Below, one piece after another: positions 1-13,496 of a stretch of 64,000 bases of DNA (position 1 is the stretch's first letter; each line of letters opens with the position of its first letter). The stretch comes from Octopus vulgaris (Eukaryota). Location: NCBI GenBank assembly GCA_951406725.2, contig OX597826.1, forward strand, positions 77,748,001 through 77,812,000. Reading direction: 5' to 3'. The position numbers and the translations under genes are program-made. The notes below the pieces were generated by a model. It saw only the letters and a program-made list of their open reading frames with translations. It had not been told where the DNA came from and searched no databases.

Positions 1-135
1 CTACTACCAAGATCACTATAACCACCACCACCACCACCACCACCACTACGAATACTCCCACCGACTTTTTTCATCGTTCCCCCACTCCCGCCTGTACCTC
101 CCACAAATCTCCATCATTCAAATAGTTATCAGCGT

Positions 136-173
<38 letters not shown>

Positions 174-380
174 TTCCAACTACTGCTGCTGCTGCTGCTA
201 CTGGTGCTGCTACTACTACTGTTGATGATGATGATAATGATTGTGATGATGATGATGATGATGATGATGACGGCTATAATGATGATGATGGTGATGATGA
301 AGGGGGGAGGGTGATGATGAGGATGAGATTGATATTACTACCACTACCACCACAACTACAACTACTACTACCACCACAAA

Positions 381-420
<40 letters not shown>

Positions 421-552
421 GCTAAATGCGTACACATGTTTGTAAGCCCAAATTGCTAAAAACGCTTCACGTCCGTATGGCATAGCAGCTTCACACCTAG
501 ACACACACGCACCCATACACAGCTCTGCATACAATCATACACGCATACACAT

Positions 553-604
<52 letters not shown>

Positions 605-802
605 CGCCCGCACATACATACAAGCATACTCACGGATGCATGGAAACAAATCTTAATTGATAGACATACGCATATACACTGCACTCTACGTACATGCGTA
701 CACTATACATACACATATATAAAGTAGTACATACACATGTACGGACTTACACATGCAAATACATACATACATACGCATACATACGCGTGTATATACATAT
801 AT

Positions 803-872
<70 letters not shown>

Positions 873-2272
873 TTGTACATGCACACATAAATACTTATGT
901 ATACCGGTGTCCGATATACTTGCATGTACACATATACACTGGTATACCGCCACACACACACGCACACACATGCTTTCTTTCTCACACACGCACACATACA
1001 TAACACATATACGGACCAATACACACAGTCATTCACATACACACTCTCGAAGGCAAAAAGTGCACACACCCATGTGCAAATGCATACAGGTCACATATAC
1101 ACGCATGGACACACACAAGCACACACATAGATATTAGAAAACTCACGCATACACACAAAATCCAGACGTTAGTCCACATGCACGCACGCACGCACGCATG
1201 CATTTCATACATATACAGACATTGCACAAACACGGACACGCAACCATACCATCGTATGCATATCACACACACACACACACGTGTACACACATGCACAATC
1301 AAACTGACAGATACATACAAAACAGGTAAGCACACATACACACACACTGTATTTGTGAACTGGCGCATATATATATATATATCGTATATACAAGCATACA
1401 CGTCTACAAGCATTCGCTGGCTCGCACATACTCGCAAAGCACGTCAGCATGCTACATATGCAGGCAATGCACATGTATACACTCACTCACACACATACAC
1501 ACACAGATACGTTATGCGTGCATGACCATGCATATATACACACGCATCGTGCGTGCACTTAACAAATTATTTCTTCTAATGCTTTTGCCTCGAAAAGCAA
1601 GCAATAAAGAGATGATTGTGTCACAAAATACACTGACCTTCTATTTCACAAATTACTTGCAGAACCTCTTCATTTTAACTGCTTCTATTTAGTGTTGTCG
1701 TTCTTGTTGTTGTTGTTGTTGTGGTGGTGGTGGTTGTTGTTGTTCTTGTTGTTTAGCTAGCTTTGATTTTACGGGCCTATGATCAAAGGCGTTCCATTTG
1801 TGGCCGTCTAGAATTTTTCGATTGTTCGCACTACCATAAGCAATGTGTCTGCATTTTTGTGTGTGGTTAGAAGGGTGTTTTGGCTGTTATTTCTAGCAGG
1901 TTGGGCGACTATGTAGATGTTCCTTCATTAACTTTATTTTACAACAGCAACAGTTGTTGTTGCTGTTGCTTTATTGTAGGTTAACCTTGATTCAGCAGAA
2001 TTATTCTCGAAGGCGTTCCAGCCATTTTCCTAAAGACGTTTTCCCAGACATAGTGTATCAAGGATTACAATATAGAATCCATTCTTCCCTTTTTATGACA
2101 TTAAAAGTGTGATATGAGGGCGACTTAGTTGCTTTTTCTAGCAGATCGTGTGACCGCGTAAAGGCTTCTTTAATGGTTGAGTTTTTTCCTATTGTTTAAC
2201 TTCTTATACGTGTTTGCTGTTCAAGAGTCATTTAAATCAAATAGCACTTGATATTCAGTGACAATATTTGGC

Positions 2273-2273
<1 letters not shown>

Positions 2274-2359
<86 letters not shown>

Positions 2360-2542
2360 GAAAGTGAGAGAGAGAGGAAGAGAGAGGAAGAGAGAGAGAG
2401 AGAGAGGAAGAAAGAGAGAGAGGAAGAAAGAGAGAGAGAGGAAGAAAGAGAGAGGAAGAGAGAGAGAGGAAGAAAGAGAGAGAGAGAGAGGAAGAAAGAG
2501 AGAGAGAGGAAGAAAGAGAGAGAGAAGAAAGAGAGAGAGAGG

Positions 2543-2588
<46 letters not shown>

Positions 2589-2663
2589 GAAAGAGAGAGA
2601 GAGGAAGAAAGAGAGAGAGAGGAAGAAAGAGAGAGAGAGGAAGAAAGAGAGAGAGAGGAAGAA

Positions 2664-2694
<31 letters not shown>

Positions 2695-2800
2695 AGAAGA
2701 AAGAGAGAGAGAGAGAGAGAGAAGAAGAAAGAGAGAGAGAGAGGAAGAAAGTGAGAGAGAGAGGAAGAAAGAGAGAGAGATAGGAAGAAAGAGAGAGAAG
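2274..2800 (+). repeat. ~525-bp almost pure polypurine (GA)n tract with a higher-order GAGAGAGAGGAAGAAA-type unit
   Basis: Read directly. The ER-rich and SL-rich ORFs here are translations of this tract. Confidence 0.95.
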
Positions 2801-2899
2801 AGTCAAGATTCCTACGTGTAGATTCCGCCGCGCTCGACTTCGCCTTTCGCCCGATGTTAGGATGTTAGCACTCATTATTTGATTGGAACAATAATCAAA

Positions 2900-2938
<39 letters not shown>

Positions 2939-3321
2939 AAATGCCCCTGTAGTAGTTATCCCCGTCGCTTCATTTTTTACGTTCGTTCAAATCCCACAGA
3001 GGTCGACTTCATCATTAATCCACCCAGGGATCAATAAAATAAATTCCGGTCAAGTTATGCAGATTTACATAATCTCAACAGTTCCTTAAAAAAAATTATG
3101 GCTTTGTGCCAATGTCATTAATGAAATATTAATTAATTCGGAGATCCAGCGACAGCTGTAATAAAATACTTGCAGAGAAACACCTCTGGTGACAGTATAA
3201 TTGGCGTGAGTGCTGGTAGACGAGTAGGGGTGACCGTTGCTCCAGTCACTGGTTTCTCCCATCCTTATGTGAGCAAGAATCCTTAATGTCATTTTGTTTT
3301 TTGCCTGCATCACATCTAACG

Positions 3322-3605
3322 AAGGCGCGTGGCCTGGTGGTTAGTATGCTGCATTCACGGTCGCTAGGTCGTGGGTTCGATGCATCGACTTGGCAGCGCA
3401 TTGCGTTCTTGAGGAAAACACTTCGTTTCATGTTTCTCCTGTCCACCCAACAGTAAAACAATAAGCTTGCGGTGGACTGGCTTTCCCATCAGAGGGAATG
3501 TGGACCCGTTTGCCTTGCCTGCGGGGGTGGTTTCGTTGGAATGCTAGAACGATGCGAAGTACATTGTGACCAGTGATGTATAACAACATCCGTTAGTCTG
3601 GTCGA
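3322..3605 (+). mobile_element. Diverged tRNA-derived SINE (CORE/V-domain-like body)
   Basis: A-box TGGCCTGGTGG and B-box GGTTCGATGC, then TTCTTGAGGAAAACACTT and GGTGGACTGGCTTTCCCATC. Its 3' part resembles 11720-11810 on the minus strand. Confidence 0.6.
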
Positions 3606-3645
3606 GAGAAAACAAGTCAACCAGACTATCTGTGTCTATATAGCT

Positions 3646-3864
3646 CAGTGGTTTTCAACCAGGGTTTCGCGGAACCTTAGGGTTCCGCCAGTACAGTCAA
3701 GGGGTTCCGCAAGAAGTTACAAAAATGCTAAAATCGACAGTAATTTTTAATTCTCTTGTGCAGATATGTGTGCATAAGACAATTAAATTATTGCACAGGG
3801 GTTCCTCGAGCCAGTGAAATGTTTTCTTGGGGTTCCGCTCCAGCAAAAAGGTTGAAAAGCACTG
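3646..3864. mobile_element. hAT-superfamily MITE, complete
   Basis: TIRs CAGTGGTTTTCAACC / GGTTGAAAAGCACTG. Perfect 8-bp TSD ATATAGCT (3638-3645 and 3865-3872). Internal GGGTTCC repeats. Confidence 0.93.
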
Positions 3865-4195
3865 ATATAGCTACATGCATATACATGCATAACAATTTAG
3901 GTCTAAATTTGGTGGAGTTCTTACAGATTGTGATGTCGAGAATTGAAAAACTTGGGTTAACAGAGATTATCCACGAAATAAGAAGACAGGGACTCCTTCT
4001 AGAGTTGTTTGAAATCTAAAGACCAAGCACAGGGGATAACCCCAATAACATTTCATGAAGATTCTGGTGTGCGTCAGGTCATTATGCTGTGTGGGAAACG
4101 GTGTCATTAATTCTATACATTTGTCTGGCATTCACCTTCAGGAAGAGAGATCTCTGTCGTTTGTTTGTCTGCCTCTTCCCCACCCCCTCTCACAT

Positions 4196-4252
<57 letters not shown>

Positions 4253-5143
4253 TTCTTTATTTCTAAGCCACCTAATGTCCTGAACGTGGGAATACCACTG
4301 ACGGAGATTCTAGTTTGATCCACTCTTATCTGCATTATCTTCATGTTCCAATTATTCATATTGCTTAATATCAGTAGAGTGAACAAGCCAGAGTTTTTAA
4401 TCTACGATTTACATGGATAATCTCTGTTAATCGAAGTTTCTCAATTCGCTAAGTTTTATCTACGAAACCTTAGCGCCAATGTGTAACATTCGTTGGCCAA
4501 AATGCTTCCTCGATGCATTTCCTCTTTGTCCTTTGGTTAATTATACATTGGCGAAACATCATCTTACTCAAATCAGATTCACATTACACCAGTTCCAAAC
4601 ACCCAAGACTATAACCAAATCCACTCTTTCTCACAATTAACTCCCACCGATACCCCCACCTCCTCCACTCACATTCTCCTCTCCATCGTCTTCACTGCCA
4701 TTTCCGATGTGTTGTATGAATTACGAGTGAATAGGTAAACAAATGACATTTAAGAACTTTAGAACTTCTAAACGGATTTATTGTTCTTTGTTCACTGTTG
4801 CATTTCTTATGTTTGTTTTTGCTGATATTTAAGATTTTTGATGTAGAATTTCAGACAAGCTTCTGATGAAATATCAAAAGGAAAGAGACATTTTTTTTTA
4901 AAACGAATACTTATTCAAGATCGGTATTTGTGATGGAATTTCATTAATGAGTAATCATTTCTTAAATAGGCACAAGGTCTCAAATCTGGCGGGAGGTAAC
5001 AATCGATAATGTCGAAGCTAGCAGTTGATAGATGCTTTATTTTACCGATTCCGAAACGAAGAAACCCAAAGTCGGCGTTGGCTGATTTTAAACTCTGATC
5101 GAAAATACCGGAACAAATCCTTCAAAGTATTTGGAAACAATGA

Positions 5144-5563
5144 AAGCGGCGAGCTGACAGAAACGTTAGCACGCCGGGCGAAATGCGTAGCCGTATTTCA
5201 TCTGCCGTTACGTTCTGGGTTCAAATTCCGCCGAGGTCGACTTTGCCTTTCATCCTTTCGGGGTCGATAAATTAAGTACAAGTTACGCACTGAGGTCGAT
5301 ATAATCGACTGAATCCGTTTGTCTGTCCTTGTTTGTCCTCTCTGTGTTTAGCTCCTTGTGGGTAGTAAAGAAATAGGTATTTCATCTGCCGTTACGTTCT
5401 GAGTTCAAATTCCGCCGAGGTCCACTTTGCCTTTCATCCCTTCGGGGTCGATAAATTAAGTACCAGTTACGCACTGGGGTCGATGTAATCGATTTAATCC
5501 GTTTGTCTGCTGTCTTTCTTTGTCCTCTCTGTGTTTAGCCCCCTGTGGGTAGTAAAGAAATAG
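5144..5563 (+). mobile_element. tRNA-derived SINE family A with a tandem-duplicated ~185-bp body, inserted into an older antisense copy of the same family
   Basis: Head GCGGCGAGCTGACAGAAACGTTAGC; B-box GTTCAAATTCC; central GCCTTTCATCCTTTCGGGGTCGATAAATTAAGTAC (Meta-domain-like, from memory). 17-bp TSD GTATTTGGAAACAATGA at 5127-5143 and 5564-5580. Confidence 0.92.
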
Positions 5564-6060
5564 GTATTTGGAAACAATGATCTAGCGACTTTGTCAATCC
5601 ACCGATCCACTCAGTATTCAAGTTCAAGACCAGCGTTTCTTGCAAAAATATTTTTAAAATAAAAACTATGGTTAAAATCGATCGAACGTCAAATATCTTT
5701 TGGTATTTGGTTACAACCCTTTACCTCCTGTGTTTAAATCCTAATTAAGTCAACTTTTCCTTTAAACTCTCCCTTCGAAAATGGTAATTCAAGTATTAGA
5801 AGAAGCACTGAGGTTCGATATAATCGATTGAGGCATTGGAATCAGCAAAGAGGTTATATGAGCTGTAAATAAACGCTTTATTTATAACGAGTTATTTATA
5901 ATAGCTTAATTTATAGGACATAACTAGCAAAAAACTGGGATATTTCATGTTTCATAAACGTTCGTAATTCCGTTTCTATGCAGAAATTTATAGAATGTGA
6001 ACACTTGATTCATTATACAGTTCTATATTTAAGAGATGAGGAATTATGTACATTATTTAT

Positions 6061-6147
6061 ATTATTTACATTTGACGGCCATATGGCGTAGTGGTTAAGA
6101 GCGCGGGCTACTAACCACAACATTCCGAGTTCGATTCCAGGCAGTGA

Positions 6148-6178
<31 letters not shown>

Positions 6179-6320
6179 GATAATATCGAAAAATACCCTA
6201 GGAATGAGAACCCAGGTTCGAAATTTCCCCAGGACACCTGATGAAGGCTGGAGGGTGTATCAGCCGAAACGTTGTGTTAATAAACAAGATGAGGGCAAAT
6301 ATCCGTCAAATGTAAATAAT
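6061..6320 (+). mobile_element. Composite retroelement: tRNA-like head + (AAT)n + hammerhead ribozyme + AATAAA, bounded by an 18-bp inverted repeat
   Basis: A-box TGGCGTAGTGG; B-box GTTCGATTCC (6129-6138); HHR at 6233-6278; IR ATTATTTACATTTGACGG (6061-6078) / CCGTCAAATGTAAATAAT (6303-6320). Confidence 0.8.
6233..6278 (+). ncRNA. Minimal type I hammerhead ribozyme
   Basis: Stem I gacac/gtgtt; core CTGATGA; stem II ggctg/cagcc; GAAA; loopless palindromic stem III (AACGTT); GUU cleavage triplet. Confidence 0.8.
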
Positions 6321-6425
6321 GTTGATTCATTAGAAACTTTGATTCTATCTTCGAGTTCGAGCCATAGTTAAGGTTGATTAAAGCGTAACTTTCGAACACA
6401 CGCATGTCGCCAAAAGCAGAATAAT

Positions 6426-7014
6426 ATTTGTTTCAAATTTAGGCACAAGGCCTGAAATTTTCGAGGAGAGAGTTAATCGATAACATCGACCCCAATGCGT
6501 AACTGGTACTTATTTTATAACCTTCAGAAGGATGAAGAGGCAAAGTCGACTCCGCGGAATTTGAACTCAGAACGTAAAGATTGACGAAATACCTATTTCT
6601 ATTTCTTTATTACCCACAGGGGGCTAAACATAGAGGGGACAAGCAAGGACAGACAAAGGAATTAAGTCGATTACATCTACCCCAGTGTGTAACTGGTACT
6701 TAATTTATCGACCCCGAAAGGATGAAAGGCAAAGTGGACCTCGGCAGAATTTGAACTCAGAACGTAACAGCAGACGAAATACCTATTTCTTTACTACCCA
6801 CAAGGGGCTAACCACAGAGAGGACAAACAAGGACAGACAAACGGATTAAGTCGATTATATCGACCCTAGTGCGTAACTGGTACTTATTTAATCGACCCCG
6901 AAAGGATGAAAGGCAAAGTCGACCTCGGCGGAATTTGAACTCAGAACGTAGCGGCAGACGAAATACCGCTAAGCATTTCGCCCCGCGCCCTCACGATTCT
7001 TCCTGTTCGCCACC
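6426..7014 (-). mobile_element. SINE family A, head plus three tandem bodies
   Basis: Three copies of the GACCCCGAAAGGATGAAAGGCAAAGTCGAC-like core. Units join at AAAGAAATAGGTATTTCGTC (sense). The last unit has a different tail (CTTGTGCCTAAATTTGAAAC). Confidence 0.9.
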
Positions 7015-7544
7015 TGACATGCATCTATAATATCAACCCAAGCGGTCTTTAAGTACAGAAATTATTTTTCATTTAATTAGTCTTTATTTGTTAAAAGCTT
7101 TTGTTGCTGTTGTTTTGTTTTTGTTGTCGTTGCCATTCTAAACATATGTCAAAAAAATAAAAATAAAAAAGCTATAAATTGTCGAGTTTATCTCTTTAAT
7201 GTCGGCACCATCTGTGACATTTCTGCTGTCTTACTCTTTAAGCGGAATTTGTCGAGAGAATCTCGCATTTCATCCCAGTTTACGTCAGTCGACTTTAAAC
7301 GGCTTGGCGGTTAGTTTCGGGCCCAAACCTCGCCATCCCACTGCATTGCATCGTACCACACCGCATCACATTGCCATTAATGTGGAAATCACAAAAGAAG
7401 CGACCGATGTTTTGCAATCAAATCATTAGAAGAAACCAGACTTTTCGAATGGAAGGAACTACTTTGATTTCTGATGCATCTCTTTTGGAACAAATGCTTC
7501 GTACAAAAGGGTTTGACAAAGGGGACGGAGCGGGGGGGGGTTCG

Positions 7545-7925
7545 TTTTATCTTTTACATGTTTTTCAGTCATTAGACTGCGGCCTCACTGGGGCACCACC
7601 TCGAGCAATTTTAGTCGACTTAATCAACCCCAACACATACATTTTAACCCTGGCATATATTCTATCCTTCGCTTTTGCTGAATCGATACTTTATGGGAAC
7701 GTAAATACACCGACATCGGTTGCCAATCCATGATGGGAAACAAACCCAACACACACACATACGACGGGCTTCGTTCAGTTTCCGTCAACCAAATCCATTC
7801 ACAATGCTTTGGTTGGCCTGTGACTATAGTAGGAGGCACTTGCTCAAAGTGTCCCACAGTGGGACTGAACCTAAAATTATGTGGTTGGGAAGCAGATTTC
7901 TTACCACACAGTCGCGCCTGCGCCT
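7545..7925 (-). mobile_element. tRNA-derived CORE-like SINE family B
   Basis: Sense head AGGCGCAGGCGCGACTGTGTGGTAAGAA...GGTTCAGTCCC; CORE-like GACACTTTGAGCAAGTG; internal (GT)n; tail GCCGCAGTCTAATGACTGAAA. Confidence 0.85.
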
Positions 7926-9144
7926 ACGGTTTAATCATGAAAGACCGATGGCCTGATTCACCCGAAGCTGTAAATAAGAGTTATGAATAGCTAAAGTGAT
8001 AGACTTTACCAGGCGGTCGAGCCCGAGGCCAGCTCCAAGCGATTGGATGTCTTTAGCTGGGTGGAAACTGCAAAGAGAAGCAGTCACAGATATTGGTGAC
8101 TTTCGAAAGGCTTTGCGTTGGACGGAAACCGAGAGAAGGAGGAGGAGGAGAGAAATTGGAGGAAAGGGAAGAGGATAAAGTAGGGGGAAGAGGAAGGAAG
8201 AAGGAAAGGAGGGCGTACAGAAGAAGAAGAAGAAGAAGAAGAAGAAGAAGAAGAAGAAGAAGAAGAAGAAGAAGAAGAAGCTATATTATAATTACTTCGT
8301 TTTCTTCCATAAGTCTCGGCGACTCTATGAAAGATCACGTGTGACGGCCCTCCTTCACTGATTAAGAGAATTATATTTAAGAAATTAATTCTGTTTAGAT
8401 CGAATGTGATCGTTAAATCTAATGTTTTGAATATATTGATTAACTTTTTTCGTAGCTTTTAATAAATACTGTCCTTATAGTAATCCTAACGAGAAATTAT
8501 TGTATATTAATAACAATTCGATTCACCTTAGTAAATGCATATCTGCCACGTCTTCCGAAGTGGAACTTTTTAGTCGTGGTTTACATTATTAAAATGAAGC
8601 AATAAAAGACATTGGCTTCAAAAACAGAAAGCATTACTTAAAGAACTGTGCTAATATTCACAAAAACATAAAAAAAGGAAACTAAAACTATGCGGTATAA
8701 TCCTATCTGTAGGTTAAATGTTGGTTCTGACTTATCAGGATTTTCTTAAACATTATAAATAAGCATTTCTTTGTAGACCCTGTATATCACAATATCTTTA
8801 ATAAAAATATCATTAAGGTAAGCTACAGATACATCAAAAATTTATATTTCCATAGTCAGTGAAAGCAATAGAAGAATTTCTTGTATGAACACGCTTAATT
8901 CGCTCAGTGCAATTGCAGTAAACTCTAATATCTGCACTCGGTTTGTGTCGTTCTAAACCGTTAGTTTTTAGAGCTTAGGTCTGCCATGCAGTTTGCAATG
9001 AAAGAAAGAACTATACAAAGCTTACTGAAAATACAATTAAATAAGATTCTCTCAACATATCTATGCGTTCAGACACTTAGTACAGCGCTTGCCATTTCGC
9101 ATTCAAAATATATCTGGAGATTAAAGGAGGATAATCCGTATTTT

Positions 9145-9410
9145 ACCTTTTTTTACATGGTTCAGTCATTGAACTGCGGCCATGCTGGGGCGCCGCATTG
9201 CATGGATTAACCGAACAAACCGATCCCAGAACTTTTCAAAAATCTGGTATTTATTTTATCATCTTTTATTTTTTGCCGAACCGCGAAATAACGGGAACAT
9301 AAATAAACCAACACCAGTTGCCAATCGACGGCGGGAGATAAATACACCACAAACTCAAAGACACACGAACAGATATACACGACGGGCTTCTACGCATCAC
9401 CAGGCATTAT
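9145..9410 (-). mobile_element. SINE family B, 3' portion
   Basis: TTCAGTCATTGAACTGCGGCCATGCTGGGGCG...GACGGGCTTCT matches the other family B copies. Confidence 0.75.
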
Positions 9411-9928
9411 TAACTCAAGAAGTTGATCGAATTCCTTATTCCGGTCTTCTTCATTCCTAAACAAAAGATAGGAATTGGCTAATTTTTGTAGATACTCCTC
9501 TCGCTATTTATTGAGCACTCCTAACTTATAACTCGATAAAACATTTCCCACATAATGGACTTACCATATCCGATAAAATAGTCATATAAATACCAAGAAC
9601 ATCAATGCAAAAACTTCATTAACCACAGCTCTTTTCTTGCGTGTGTGTAGTTTACACTCATGATACTGAGGAGGGAAGAAAATTACGTGTTTTCACTCAT
9701 GAGTAGATGAAAATATCGCGCATTAGGTGTTGACAATAGAATAGATGAATGCGTGATTTAGTTTATGAGTTTTATTTTTTGCTTATTTGATTAATCAAAT
9801 CGCAATATACTGTGGCTCATGATATTTCGATGCATTTGCAAATATTTTTGCTTATACGGTGTCACCTTGTTTCAGTACTCTAGTTATTTGAATAATCAGT
9901 GACGTGAAATATGCACTTGTGTGTGTGT

Positions 9929-9965
<37 letters not shown>

Positions 9966-10299
9966 TGTATATGATTACGTGTGCGTGTGTGTATGTATGA
10001 ATGCATCGATGTATATATGAGTGCATGTGTAATGTCAGATGATGTAAAACGGTAAGAAATCCCATAGATCGGTGCTTTAGAGCAAAAAGCATTCTATAGC
10101 ATTTGTTCCGGCCAGTTTATCACTATCACGTTGTAACCAGCATCACTTCCGTTAAGTAAATATAACATGTGCAAGAAAAGAAAGAAAGAAAGAAACCAAT
10201 AGAGTAGCTACCAGACAAAAAAAAAAAAGAAACAAATAAGTATTGGGTTCGATTCGTTCCATGGTTGATCGATTTGGCGGATGTGGTTGGTATTTGTGA

Positions 10300-11420
10300 A
10301 GTAAGGACCGATGGTGATGCCAGAGGAGTCAGGTTTGATAGCCATGGTGATGGTAGTGGTACAAGAGAACTGAAGATGGTGGATCTGGTGCTAATGCTGA
10401 TCGATCTGGAGATGGTACTGGAAGTTGTACGGGTGGTAGTACAAGAGGTGGTAGATTTGATGTTGCGGTGGGGGTCAGATCTGGAGATGAAACTATACTG
10501 GAAATAATATGTTTGGTGGGGGTGGTTAAGGTTGTTAAGGTGGTGGTGCTGATGGTGGTGCCGGTGATGGTGGTAGTGGTGATGGCGGTGGTGATGATGA
10601 TGATGGTGGTAGTGTTGTTGTTGTTGTTGATGGTGGTGGTGGTGGTGGTAATCATTTTAGTTCTTGGAATGGTATTAGAGGTTTCTTGATAGTAATACTA
10701 ACTCTGCTGGTAGACCTAGAGTAAGTAGATTTGGTAGCCGTGGTAGTAGTGGTGGTGGTGGTGGTGTAGGTGTTGTTGTGGGGGCGTTGGTAGAGTTAAA
10801 TCTGGAGGTGGTACATTTGATAATGGCGGTGATGGTGATGATGGCTGATGGTGTGTGTAAATTATTAGACATTCATTATTTATCCAATTTGTTAACAATT
10901 AGCACAGCATCTAATTATGGTGAATATTTAATAAAATAGCTTCTAGCTGATCTTACGGCAACACTAACAGCCCTCCAACCATGACGAAGACGACGACGAC
11001 GACGACCATGACCACCACCACGACCACCACTAAAATTGCTACTACCACCGTCATCATTAGTATCACCACCAACTCCAACATCATATCCAGCTTATACATC
11101 ACCATCACCACCACACCACCACTACAACTACTACTGCTGCTGCTATTACTACTATCGCCATCTGTATTACAATTAACATCACTATTACTACCATCGCAAA
11201 AAAACTACCTCACCTCTAACTCTCCCACCACTACCTCAAACATCACCATCATCTCCACTCCCACCACGACCACTTCCACTGGTCATCACCATCGTCAGAA
11301 CCGCTACCACCAACGCTATCATCACCATCGTAACCACCATCACCTCAGTACAACCATCGCTACCATCATCTCTCCACCGCCATCGCTACTGCTTCTCCTC
11401 CGCCGCCGCCGCCGCCGCCG
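10300..11420. repeat. Low-complexity (GGT/GAT)n block followed by an (ACC/ATC)n block
   Basis: Read directly; gives poly-V, poly-T and poly-H pseudo-ORFs. Confidence 0.85.
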
Positions 11421-11861
11421 AATTTAGGTTAACAGTTGGTGTTGTTTGTGTTGTTGTTTAGCCGAAGATGTTCCCTGAGATATTGAAATCAAGACCACCC
11501 AATCCCCAAACTCTATATACCTTGAACTAAGTTATCCACTTTGCGAGTAGCATAGCAGAGTTTGATTTGGCTGCTATTTCTAGCTTACGGACAATGGGAG
11601 AACGTAAAGACACCAAAGTTGACTGCCAGCATGAGTGGTGGTGTTAGTGATGAAAACGATGATGATGATGATGGTTGTGATAATTGCCATGACTCATCGA
11701 TGGTTTCGACAGTGCAGCTATGATGTTCAACATCACGTGATCACGAGACTGACCAGTTTATAGCAGGTCGTTATACATCGCTGGTCAAAACGCGCTTTGC
11801 ATCGTTTTAACTTTTGTGGAGCCGAAGAGATGATAGTCTGAAGGCGCTAAATCTGGTGAGT

Positions 11862-12095
11862 GTGGAGGTAGTGAAGAAGTGGCTCAAAGATCAGTCAACA
11901 GAATTTTACGGAGCAGGGATACATGCTCTTATTCGAAAGTGGAACAATGCTACTGAGAGAGACTGCGACTATGTTGAGAAGTAGGGATGTGATCCACAGA
12001 GGACCAGCTTCATTTTGATGTATGATACATGTTCCTGTGTTGGTAATTATACCTGTCCTAAACAAAATGGCTTTACTTTTTGACTCACCCTCGTA
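11862..12095 (+). mobile_element. mariner transposase 3' end with right TIR
   Basis: Translates VVKKWLKDQSTEFYGAGIHALIRKWNNATERDCDYVEK*, the typical mariner C-terminus. Ends TTACTTTTTGACTCACCCTCG-TA. Confidence 0.88.
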
Positions 12096-13107
12096 TATTC
12101 ACATTTATATCAGTTGTAATTGGTGAATTGGCTTTTGTGAGTAAATACCGAAGTGAGAATCTGGATGGACCAAGGTTTTCAGAAACATAAATCAATCAGC
12201 TAAGTCGCACATTACAAATACAATCTGTGAGTGGAAGAGTCAAAATATGCAAGACTTTATAAAAGTTTAAAGTGTGACTTTGTTTTTGTTATCAGTCTTC
12301 CAACGATGGAGCTTTACATCTTTGCTAGGAACCAACTTCTTCCTTAAAGGAAGACTTTGAATAACTAATAGCAGAACAGAACACACACACACACGCACAG
12401 ACAGACACAGACACACACACACACACAGAAAGAAGGTATATACACACAGACATAGAAAGAAGATCTACTCACGCACACACACATACACACACACTCACTC
12501 ACTCACACATACGTTCACACGTACATACTTGCTTATATTCCACATACATCATGCATACACACATCAGTGTATCAAATATATTTGAAGTAGTTTACGTTGT
12601 TACTCAGAGTTTCCACAAAGTCTCGTTTCTCCAGGCATTTCTTCTCTAATGAAAAAGTACTTTAAAATTCCAAGATGGCTCCAGGATGCGTTTGTTTTTT
12701 GTTGGCCTCAGCTGAGTACGTTTTGTTGTTTTTCTTCCTTTCGTTATAACACACACACACACACACATGCACACACACACACACACACAAACCGAGCAGA
12801 ATTAATGACAGAACTTAACAAACGAATGTAGAATATTCGTTATCCCATCATAATAACTATGAGGCTCCTAAACTCCATTACTCGAAGTTTCACGCTTCCG
12901 CTCCTTCAGGTGGTTCCCCGAGTATGTTTTCTCTTGAATAATCAGTTGCTTGAATCAATACATTGTTCATCGGCGATGCCACCGGATCTAAAGCTCTGGC
13001 ACGATTGGGTTTACAGCAAACCTACTCATCAGTGGCAGCGGCTTAATAACGGAAGATAAAATAAAATTGTACTTAAAATAGTCAAAATAGTTAAGTATTT
13101 TACATAC

Positions 13108-13143
<36 letters not shown>

Positions 13144-13167
13144 CGTGTGTGTGTATATATATATATG

Positions 13168-13202
<35 letters not shown>

Positions 13203-13224
13203 ATATATGTATATATATATATAT

Positions 13225-13274
<50 letters not shown>

Positions 13275-13392
13275 ACATTATATATATGTGTGTATATGTA
13301 TATATATAGATGCATATATAGACGTACATAGGTGTATATACAGACATACATATATATATATGTATGTATATGTATATCTATATATGTATGTA

Positions 13393-13428
<36 letters not shown>

Positions 13429-13456
13429 TAGATACATATATAGACGTACATATATG

Positions 13457-13496
<40 letters not shown>

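Noticed and set aside
6077-6149. Functional tRNA gene
   Set aside because: Acceptor and anticodon stems pair poorly and there is no T-run terminator; it is a SINE-type head. The same applies to the heads of families A, B and C.
5144-7014. CRISPR-like or prokaryotic repeat array
   Set aside because: Units are ~185-bp SINE bodies without unique spacers, there are no cas genes, and the context is eukaryotic.
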